A stretch of 64,000 nucleotides of DNA from NCBI GenBank assembly GCA_951406725.2, contig OX597823.1, positions 20,274,001 through 20,338,000 on the forward strand. The letters run 5' to 3'. The number at the start of each line of letters is the position of its first letter. Positions within the stretch are counted from its first letter, which is position 1. Below, piece by piece: positions 53,606 through 64,000 of this stretch. Below the pieces are notes generated by a model. That model did not search any database. It was not told the origin of the DNA and worked only from the letters and a program-made list of their open reading frames with translations. Both the position numbers and the translations under genes were made by a program. Source of the DNA: Octopus vulgaris. Lineage: Eukaryota.

Positions 53606-55089
53606 CACAAATATACACATTGATATAGTAGTTAAGTATAACTTCCTTTCTGTTATTTTCTCTAAACTCGCACCGATAGATATGAAGCCTGACGGAGTTA
53701 GTACGAAAGCTTACGTAACTGATAACTTTTGCTTGTATTGTTTCTGTATGTATGTATGTATGTGTGTATGTATGTATGTATGTATGTATCTATCTATCTA
53801 TCTATCCATCCATCTTATATATAGGTTAGATTTTATCTATTTCATTCTCTAATTTATGATTTCTATTCGCATACACAGCAAACCCTGCTGCTAACCGTAA
53901 AACATAAAACAATTTTTTCAGCTTATCGAACTTCGATACGGGAAAAATTTACAACCTTCTACATCAATAAACAGCTATTGTTCCTGAAAGTAGTTTTCTT
54001 TTTATACCGTCTACGGACTGCTTGAAACTTACTGTCTTCCTACAACTTGATCCATGGATCTTATTTTTACACACACACACACACAGCACAAATGTACGTA
54101 TTTACGCATTTAAGAAGTTTACTGTGAGATCTATGTTTCGCCAATGCTGTTCCGTCAATTTTGATACAAAATCCAAGTTAAGGTTGTGTAAATACATAGG
54201 GTGGAGCGTAGAACCGTAGAAGCGCAGAGTTATAGAAGAGCAGAACAGAAGCGTAGAAGCGTAGAAGCGTAGAAGAGCAGAAGTATTATAAGTAATGGAG
54301 TAGAATATTTCTGAAAGGATGAAAACAGGCCAATAGATGAATAGAAATAATCGGGTTTGGTTGAAGCCAATATCCGATGAAAGAGAAGAAAAGAAAGAAA
54401 ATTCTAATATTGGGTGTAAGTAAGATCAATAATATCATGTGTAAATATAGATAGGGAATGAATAATATAAGTATGGTTAATGGATTGTTTTGGCGGTGAG
54501 AAAAGATACGAGAGACAAGGCATCTAGAATATGGAATCCTAAAACCAGTACAGTTCATGAATATTGTAATGCAATATATATGAGGTGTTACAAAGTTGAT
54601 ATTGACTGAAATGAAATCTAGATCTATAAGAAAATGAAAATTTTTATCTGGAATATAAAAAGCAGTTATATGCATGTGAGAAATTCGAAAACTATATAAG
54701 ATGAATTTTTCTTACCAGAATTAGTTCATGGTAAGAAGAAAAAAAGAAAAAAAAAAACATTTTTTGTCGTACAATAAATGAAAAATGTTATAAACATACG
54801 AAGCAGCAATTCGAAAGGATATAAAAAAAAAAGGTGAATAAGTAGATTTTTGAATAAACCATCACTATTCTACAATATACACAAAGAAGTGTGTGCTTGT
54901 GTGTACATACATAAACCAGTATCCCATATACACACGGATATATGCATGCATATGTTTATAAATGGATGTATGCAGATGCATACATACACACATTTATAGA
55001 CACACATGAGATGCACTGAATTTATACTCCACCTCACATATATATACGTACATGTATCTAACATACATTGGATGTGTTTATCTATCTAA

Positions 55090-55159
<70 letters not shown>

Positions 55160-55865
55160 CTATACGACATTTTGACATTCATACCTTTCCATCAGTGTCG
55201 TTAATTTATATTTCTCTTTTTTTTTTGTTACATGTTTGTTTCTATTCATATAAAAACTTATTTGAAGCTGGCGAGGTCGAATCTAATCGGAGTATCCTGC
55301 TTGCTTTCTCGACAATTGAAGTGCGTTTCGAAAATATCGGTTGTGAATGTATGAGATACGCGTCACTTGCCGCAGTGCTCCTCTGTGTCCCCAGTAGAGT
55401 AAATGAGTAACCGAGTGCTGCAAAAGCAAGCAGAGCTTCAGTTTCTTCTCGGTTCTCCTCTCTGAACTATATTTTCCTCACAAATCTTTTCGGTTTTGAA
55501 TTGCTATCTTTGCTTCTGTAACTTTGCTTTTTAAAAGATGAGTTTGCGTAGGGTCAACATATCTACGTGAATCCATTTTTACATGTGGGAAGAGGGCAGT
55601 CTATATTATTATGGCACCTATACATAGACTCTACGAGGAGCTTAAGCTCCACTGGCACAACTCTCAGAGTAATTGAGGCACACAAGCCGTCACACCACAA
55701 CAAGAACTGGACCTTGTGATGGTGACAGTATATAGACTAACAATAAAATGCCAGTAAGACAATATGCAAAAAAAAAAATCCCTCTCAGGACCGAATGATC
55801 ATAAGGTAAGTTCACACAAGACAAGCAGAAGCCAGCAGTATAGTCAATACTAAAAATACTAACAA

Positions 55866-56210
55866 CGTCTGTCTTTACGTTCTGAGTTCAAATTCCGCCG
55901 AGGTCGACTTTGACTTTCATCCTTTCGGGGTCGATAAATTAAGTACGAGTTGCGTACTGGGGTCGATCTAATCGACTGGCCCCCTCCCTCAAAATTTCTA
56001 CCCTGTGCCTAGAGTACAAAAGAATGAAAATGCTAACATCGTCTGTCTTTATGTTCCGAGTTCAAATTCCGCCGAGGTCGACTTTACCTTTCATACTTTC
56101 GGGGTCGATAAATTAAGTACCAGTTACTTACTGGGGTCGATCAAATCGACTGCTCCACCCCACAAAAAAAATTTCGGGCTTTGTGCCTAGAGTAGTAAAG
56201 AATAAAAATG
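55866..56210 (+). mobile_element. Tandem dimer of 5'-truncated family C SINE (Y tails)
   Basis: Two ~174-bp units starting cgtctgtcttta. Confidence 0.85.
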
Positions 56211-56733
56211 TTAACATTTTTATTTATTTATTTATTTAGAAATAATTATAAATGAAAATAATTCGTTTTAAATCTGAAGCAATTTATCAAACTGGAAGTT
56301 GTCGAAATTTGTTTTTAGGAAAAAAGAAAAAAAAAAAGAAGTTAATATATTAAAAGGAAAGTTGACAGAACTAATTCATATTGAAATTAAAGTAATTTAT
56401 CAAATCCCTGTCTTAGAAAAAAGAGGACACATTGATTAATCGAAACCACAATACAGAGTGTAAACAAAAGTTGGGACGGTCACGGCTAGCATAGCATACC
56501 TCTTGTCAATGGTTCTACTACTACTACTACTACTACTACTACCATTGTCGCTGTTGCTGTTGCTGGTCCTAATAATATTACTACTACTGCAGCTGCTGCT
56601 GCACTTTTCTTCCTCCTGTTCTTCCTCCCCTTCCTTCTCCTCCTCCTCATACTGCTACTACTGCTGCTGCTGTTGCTACTACTACTACTACTACTACTAT
56701 TACTACTACTACTGTTACTACTACTGCAGCTGT

Positions 56734-56767
<34 letters not shown>

Positions 56768-56804
56768 GCTGCTGCTGCTACTACTACTGCAGCTGTTACT
56801 ACTA

Positions 56805-56859
<55 letters not shown>

Positions 56860-56865
56860 GTGCGT

Positions 56866-56912
<47 letters not shown>

Positions 56913-57771
56913 TTTTCTAAATGTGACAAAGAAGAGACGTTATAAGACAATATCTCTGATTGTTTCACGCAATCTAATTTCTAATTTGTTTTCGCTGTCT
57001 CACAGCTGTTTAATTATTTTATTCGAATTAGTTGTTACTGTGTTGTCTCCGGTCACATCTGATCGAACATAATTTACTTTTTTTCCTTAAAGTGCGTGAC
57101 TTCTTACTTAATTGTTAGTGGAACTCATGATCGTAACGTTGTGTGTTCGATTCCCCAGAACGGGTTGCGAGGGCGAGTTGTATCCTTGAATAAGGCACTT
57201 CATTTTACACCTATTTCTTTATTACCCACAAGGGGCTAAACACAGAGGCAACAAACAAGGACAGACATAGGTATTAAGTCGGTGTAATCGACTCCAGTTT
57301 GTAACTGGTACTTAATTTATCGACCCCGAAAGGATGAAAGGCAAAGTCGACCTTACACCGTTCCAATTTGCTAAGCTCAGTGACGTAGTTAGCTTGTGTG
57401 TTGCCCTAGGCAACCCATAAATTTAAGTCCCCCCCCCCTTTCCCGCCGCACATACTCTCATACAGCCTTCTACAGCAGTCTCCAAATTAGATACCAATAA
57501 AAGACCACCTGGGGTGGATTGCCTCTGTCACATTCATTAGCTACGCTACTGGCTAAACTGAAGGAGAAAAAGACCATCCAAGTACCGATGTATACCGTTT
57601 CCTCTCCAATTTTCCCATCCAGTGGTGTTCCCTCAATCTAAATCTAGGGTGTGTCTGTCAAAAGAGGTATACTTGCAATTACTGAGGCAGCATCTAAAAC
57701 AGTTAACGAAAGCACAGTACAGGCTATCAAGTCACACTCGCTTGCGAGTAACGTCCGTGGTTATTCAACTG

Positions 57772-57932
57772 TGTGGCTGTGTGGTAAGTAGCTTGCTAGC
57801 CAACCACATGGTTCCGGGTTCAGTCCCACTGCGTGGCATCTTGGGCAAGTGTCTTCTGCTATAGCCCCGGGGCCGACCAATGCCTTGTTGTGAGTGGATT
57901 TGGTAGACGGAAACTGAAAGAAGCCTGTCGTA

Positions 57933-57995
<63 letters not shown>

Positions 57996-58217
57996 TTGTG
58001 TGTTTGTGTGCCTGTGTTTGTCCCCCTAGCATTGCTTGACAACCGATGCTGGTGTGTTTACGTCCCCGTCACTTAGCGGTTCGGCAAAAAGAGACCGATA
58101 GAATAAGTACTGGGCTTACAAAAAGAATAAGTCCCGGGGTCGATTTGCTCGACTAAAGGCGGTGCTCCAGCATGGCCGCAGTCAAATGACTGAAACAAGT
58201 AAAAGAGAAAAAGAGAA
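57772..58217 (+). mobile_element. SINE family B
   Basis: Matches the other copies. Confidence 0.95.
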
Positions 58218-58224
58218 TAAGTCA

Positions 58225-58590
58225 CGAGAAAATTGTTATATCGTTTGTCTACTTGCTTTTTTAATAACCTACCCAAGGGACCTATTATTAACAAGTTGTG
58301 TTTTGTTTTCCATTCCTAGATTCTACTGAAATCTATTTCTAGATCTTTATATTTGGATACTTTCCCCATTACTTTTAGCGATACATTATCGTATGTTAGG
58401 ATTAATAGTTCGATCAGGTAGTACTTCCTTTATTGATGGTCCTTGACACCAATATCCGGTCGATATTTCTTTAATCTTATTGTCTGAAAAGATTCGCATC
58501 ATATACCAGAGTATGATAGTTGTGTCATTATCTGAGACATTTTCTGTTGGCACATGTTATAATTGGCATAGATTCTTCTGTATGAAAGAC
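58225..58590 (-). mobile_element. R4/Dong-clade RLE domain relic
   Basis: RPDIGVKDHQ*RKYYLIELLILTYDNVSLKVMGKVSKYKDLEIDFSRI*EWKTKHNLLIIGPLG. Confidence 0.8.
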
Positions 58591-58646
58591 CCCAACGCTG
58601 TCATCTCTTATCGCTATCTTTCTCTGTCTGTCTGTCTGTCTGTCTA

Positions 58647-58773
<127 letters not shown>

Positions 58774-58929
58774 GTACGTATATATAATATACAATATAAA
58801 TACATATCTATTCACACACGCACACGCACACATACAATCTCTCGGTTCTCATGGTTCTTCGATTTGTATGGTTTTAATTTAAACATTAATAAATCTCTGA
58901 ACGAGGTGTAAACAGTAACTGCACGACAA

Positions 58930-59087
58930 TGTGAGGTATACTAGCCATCTCGATATGGCTAACTACTAAGGGTGGGTGTTACAGAAAGTGTGCCGAAAGC
59001 TGGAGACGATGTTCTCCTGGGGCTACAAGCTACAGTAACACTCACCCTTAGTGGTTAGCCATATCGAGATGGCTAGTATACCTCACA
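58930..59087. repeat. Fold-back (53-bp arms) built from the 3' end of the 7349-7627 element
   Basis: tgtgaggtatactagccatctcgatatggctaactactaagggtgggtgttac / gtaacactcacccttagtggttagccatatcgagatggctagtatacctcaca. Confidence 0.85.
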
Positions 59088-59553
59088 ATTTAAACATTAT
59101 CTTCATTGAATTTTTCTCTCCTTTATGTATATATTTCAGAAATACCACTTCATCGTTATGGCTTTTGTTTTTCCATTTTCCCTCCATTTTAATTTCATTT
59201 CGTTTCTGCGATTGCGAGATAACCCCCCGTACAAATATAGAACCAACAGTAATTAACAAGAAACAGTTTGCTAAATATTTTCGAGATTGAATAATAGTTT
59301 CAAGAATTGCATTTCTCAAGAATTTGTGCCACAATCACATGATGAATACAATTTCTCACCTTCTTTGAAGTAAACATATTATATATAGGTGAAGTCGTGG
59401 CTGTTTGGTTAAGAAGTTAGCAGTGGTTTCACGTTCAGACATAATGCGCAAGTCATCGGTCTAGTCTTCTGTTTATCTTCAACGAAACCATACGAGGGAA
59501 TTTGCTAGTTGGAAACTGTATGGAAATCTGTCGTATATACATACATACATACA

Positions 59554-59658
<105 letters not shown>

Positions 59659-59727
59659 TAATAATGATAATAATAATAATAATGATAATAATGATAATAA
59701 TGATAATAATAATAATAATAATAAAAC

Positions 59728-59758
<31 letters not shown>

Positions 59759-60113
59759 AATAATAATCATGATGATGATGATGATGATGATGATAATAAA
59801 AATAATTATTTAATTCATCTTTCCCATTCGTCTTTTTTGCTTTTGTCTCCCCCCTCGCGCTCTCCCCTCTTTGGCTTTCGTGGCCAATTTCATAAAAGAA
59901 AGAAGCTTGCTCCCTAACCACATGGTTCCGTGTTCAGTCCCGCTGCGTGACACCGTGGGCAGGTATCTTATATTATAATACATGATAAATATATTATAGG
60001 AACCTAGTCCTGCTGTTAAATTTCAAACTTAGTTAATGATGTTTCTTCTATAAGAACAATCATGATTTTATTTCTATTTGATTATTTATTTAACTGTTAT
60101 TGTTATTATTGTT

Positions 60114-60215
60114 GACCTGAAGAGTGAGTATACTTTTAAATTGAATTGTTTTTCGATTAAATTTAACTTTAATTGTAATTCGAATTTAAATTATAGCCAC
60201 GAAACGTACGGAGTC
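60114..60215 (+). ncRNA. Hammerhead motif with long AT-rich stem II, probably inactivated at the cleavage triplet
   Basis: gac-CTGAAGA-gtg[~71 nt]cac-GAAA-C-gtac-GGA-gtc (GUA>GGA); upstream of an AT-rich tail and (TA)n at 60360. Confidence 0.55.
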
Positions 60216-60369
60216 TTTTTACTTATTATATATTGTTTATTCACCTTTGTACTTTTTGTGATCTAATTCTTTGTTTTAAAATATATTTTATTTTTTATTT
60301 ATGGTTTGGTTTATGTTTATTATTGTTTGAATTGCATAATAGTGGTTTTTCTCTAATTTATATATATAT

Positions 60370-60465
<96 letters not shown>

Positions 60466-60652
60466 CAATAAAAGATATATTTTTTACTTGTTTCAGGCAT
60501 TACTCTGCGGCCATGCTGTGCTACTGTCTTGAAGAATTTCATATCGATGGAAACGACCATAGTACTTTTGTTAAGCTGGGTACTTATTCTTTCACTGGTT
60601 GTCAAGCGGTGGGGGACAAATATAGACACATACAGACACACACACACATATG

Positions 60653-60704
<52 letters not shown>

Positions 60705-60708
<4 letters not shown>

Positions 60709-61621
60709 CAACAAGAATGACTCCGGTAATTTGGTATGAAGAGAGGTACCTCTCTTCATATTATAAGATATCGCCTTCTGTTAAACCTATGAATATATTC
60801 CTTTGTTTTTCCCTCTGCCATCTTTCTTAGTATATATTTTGACCCCTAATATGTTCACTTGATTAATAAGGCTTTTCCCCCCAGTTAATAAGTACTATGC
60901 CTACTCATAATAAGTGATAGTCTCTTTCTCCAAATTTGAATAAATTTTAGATTTATATTTTTTCCTTTATTCTAACGTGTCAAAGTACTTGGAACTTATA
61001 GACCAACTGTTGTGATGATGTGCATAGGGTTTGTAAGGTCTCTGCTTTCTCTGTGAATGTTATTGTGACCATTGACCTAGTTCTCCTAACGCCGAATCTG
61101 TTCATCAAATAGTAGTAATTGTCATTTAGTTGTGACAATGCTGTCTTCCACATAAATTCCTTATATGGAGCTATGACATCCCCTTTTCTAAAATTAGAAA
61201 ATCTTTATTGTCTCCTTTCATTTGTTCTTCCCTCTCAGAACCTTACAGTAATCTGGAACAACTGAATCTTAGTCAGTCAGTTGATGGGCTCCACTTCCTC
61301 AAATGTTCTTAAAATTTAAATCCACATATTTGTCTATGTATCTACCTTCTCTATAATGTTGCCACTTGATATGAACATTTTTGTATTAATGGAAAACCTC
61401 TATAATTGGCTGATGAGTGCTCAGCATTTTAAAACTGTTGTAATACTTACAACATTTAATAAAATGATGTAGTACGAAACGATCGTACCAAATTACCGGA
61501 GTCATTCTTGCTGCTTATTTTGATTATAATCATCCCACGGATTTTTATGGATAACACCATTCAGAATTCTGATGCATCTAAATTAAGTACCATATTCATT
61601 TGAATCTAAATTTTTGCTGAA

Positions 61622-61625
<4 letters not shown>
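60705..61625 (+). mobile_element. ~920-bp HHR-bearing PLE-like non-autonomous element with a 5' inverted terminus, in (TA)n
   Basis: ~60703-60738 is the reverse complement of ~61484-61519; 3' end recurs at 50733. Confidence 0.75.
61403..61495 (+). ncRNA. Intact type I hammerhead ribozyme with extended stem II
   Basis: UAAUUGG-CUGAUGA-GUGCU[...UGUUGUAA(UAC)UUACAACA...]AGUAC-GAAA-C-GAUC-GUA^CCAAAUUA; palindromic ACGAUCGU; predicted cleavage after 61487. Confidence 0.88.
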
Positions 61626-61681
<56 letters not shown>

Positions 61682-62079
61682 TCAAGGGTTCTTTAGTTTC
61701 CGTCTGCTATATCAATTCACAAAGCTTTGGTTGGCCCGAGGCTATTATAGAGGATACCTGCCCACGGTGTCACGCAGTGGGACTGAACCCCGAACCATGT
61801 GGTTGGAATGCAAGCTTCTGTCTTTTATGAAATTGGCCACGAAAGCCGTACATAGACGGGAGAACACAAGGTAGGGACAAAAAGAAAAAAAAAGAAAAAA
61901 CAAGAAAACGATATGGGAAAGATGAATTAAATATAATGAAAAAATGGAATGAAGCCGTTGAACCTATTAATACAACTTCTTTTTTAAGACACTAGTTTAC
62001 AATAGTATTTAAAACACCATTTGCAACAGCTAATTTTCATTTTTACGCAGTATGTTCATATAATATTTCTTTAGAATAT

Positions 62080-63425
62080 CAAAACGGCTTATCCGTTCTG
62101 GCATTGTTCTGGTGTCTATTTTCTTGACCCATCCATTCGTAGTCAAAGTCTTCCTCATAATCCTTTAATCTCGAAAGATACTCCGGGTGTGCCATCACAC
62201 AGCACATGTACCCGGGCGACCCTTTACTCCTGTTATATCCACTATCTCATAATAAAGTTTTTCATTTTCTCCATCGTACAGTATAGCATATTTTTCCTTA
62301 CCGGGCGAGGGTGTGGAAATTTGGGGCTCGTGTATGCTTGTGTTTGTCTTCACGCCAAGTGGGGCATGGAGAAGGCTGGTGTCTGTAGAGAGTGGTTGGG
62401 GTAAAGTGGGTGTGGGTGGGAGTCGGGTAGGTGTGGGATGGGGGTCGTCCTTTACAGATGGTATACCTTTTCCCTCTTTCTTTTTCCCAGCTGTTTCCCA
62501 TTCATTGTCCACCTCCTCTTCTTCGACGCTGGTAATGGTCTTTGTCCGTGGTTCCGCTTCTCTCTCCTCGTTCTTTTCCTCAGGGCAGTGGGACACCAAC
62601 CACTTTCTCTCTCTCTTGCCTTTCCTTTGCATTCACAGGTTGTGGAGGACAATCAGCTCCAATGTGGCCTTTCAGGCCACATTTATAGCACCGCGGAATT
62701 ATCCCTTCCACTCTGACTTTCAGTGTCACGTCTGCGACCGTAATGGTCTCCACCATACTTTCGATAACTTCCGAGGCTACCTGTACTACCATCTCCAGGC
62801 TTTACCCTTGCCAGTTCCTGTGGGGGTGTTCTGGTGGCCTAGAGGACCACCACCTTCTCCATGCCTAGCAGTTTGGCAGCCACCAGCCAGGCTACATCCG
62901 CTTCTGGGGGTATGTCTTCTACCCTAACCTTGGAAGTACGTCTCCCAAGGTATGAAGCTAGAAGCACCATTTCGTCAGTTCTCAACGGTGTTCCTGAGTG
63001 AAGCCTGGCGGTAGCAACCTCTCAAAAATGCCCTCCCACTGTTCCAAATTTTCTTCCTCTGGCAAGGTAGGAAATTCTCTGCCAGATTGGTTTAAGTGCC
63101 TTTTTTATTTGAGCCGTTGACATGACTTTTATCTTCCTGACTGCTACCGAGCATGTTCTGTAAATTTTTCTCATTTTTTTCTTTTAAAACTTCTTCGGGA
63201 AGTGAGGAAAATCTTCACTTTGTTCTCCTCCTTTTTAATTATTCCCTTGAACTTACTCAGTTCCTCCAGCTTCACGTCTTCGCTTTTATCTTTCGTCGCC
63301 TCTGCATAATTATTTGTTTCCATTAATTCATCAGTTTTCTTCAAACATTTTACCATTTCTTCCTCAGACAACACAGAATCAAATCGATAAACCGGAAGAA
63401 GGCTTTTTACCACATAACCCACGCC
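62080..63425 (-). pseudogene. Frameshifted non-LTR ORF1/gag-like gene with a CCHC zinc knuckle
   Basis: RRTSKVRVEDIPPE...LKVRVEGIIPRCYKCGLKGHIGADCP (CX2CX4HX4C) followed by an E/K-rich and P-rich region. Confidence 0.75.
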
Positions 63426-63450
63426 TTACTTTCAGTATACGTATAAACAG

Positions 63451-63682
63451 GGCGGCGAGCTGTCAGAAGCGTTAGCACGCCGGGCAAAATGCTTAGCGGC
63501 ATTTCATCCGTCTTTACGTTCTGAGTTCAAATTCCGTCGAGGTCGATTTTGCCTTTCATCCTTTAGGGGTCGATTAAATAAGTACCAGTTACGCACTGTG
63601 GTCGATGTAATCGCCTTAATCCCTTTGTTTGTTCTTGTTTGTCTCCTCTATGTTTAGCTCCCTGTGGGCAATAAAGAAATAA
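63451..63682 (+). mobile_element. SINE family C
   Basis: Full head, core and X tail. Confidence 0.9.
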
Positions 63683-63798
63683 ATATAGATATAATCGGTG
63701 TTGGTTTTTGTCCATCCACCTAAATTAACGTTTCGGAATAAGAAACCAATAGAATAAATGTCAGTCCTCAAAAATAAATACAGGGATCGATTTTTTTC

Positions 63799-64000
63799 GA
63801 GTGGCTGTGTGGTAAGTAGCTTGCTAACCAACCACATGGTTCCGGGTTCAGTCCCACTGTGTGGCATCTTGGGCAAGTGTCTTCTGCTATAGCCCCGGGC
63901 CGACCAATGCCTTGTGAGTGGATTTGGTAGACGGGAACTGAAAGAAGCCTGTCGTATATATGTGTATATATGTATAAGTGTGTGTGTATATGTTTGTCCC
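63799..64000 (+). mobile_element. SINE family B, cut by the window end
   Basis: Head through the internal microsatellite. Confidence 0.9.

Larger units (their letters stand above)
60480..61820 (-). mobile_element. Old SINE family B split in its internal (TA)n by the 60705-61625 insertion
   Basis: 3' half at 60480-60660, 5' half at 61677-61820. Confidence 0.75.

Noticed and set aside
55260-55470. CpG-containing non-repetitive stretch as a promoter or first exon
   Set aside because: No supporting ORF, splice or promoter motif evidence from sequence alone
62313-62927. 204-aa plus-strand ORF
   Set aside because: Antisense shadow of the minus-strand CCHC ORF1

Overview
Repeat-saturated, AT-rich animal DNA with no recognisable host exon, tRNA or rRNA gene. 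The very high microsatellite load and the tRNA-headed SINE families resemble a coleoid cephalopod such as Octopus; this is an inference from memory of these repeats, not a database result. Almost all listed ORFs are microsatellite or SINE artefacts. Real content: (i) dozens of SINEs from three or more modular families, including tandem multimers and TSD-bounded chimeras; (ii) relics of a Penelope-like (GIY-YIG) element, RTE, R4/Dong, CR1-like LINEs, an ORF1 (CCHC) element, hAT and possibly LTR elements; (iii) a MITE and a Helentron-like element. The strongest hidden signal is about nine type I hammerhead ribozyme (HHR) motifs in short non-coding elements inserted mostly into (TA)n or (TAA)n tracts. 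They include a retrozyme-like element at 42194-42842 with a 484-nt unit and an intact core, a second intact HHR at 61403-61495, compensatory G3:C8 and U3:A8 core variants, and a recurring twin-primed, outward-facing insertion architecture. All folds and alignments were done by eye.
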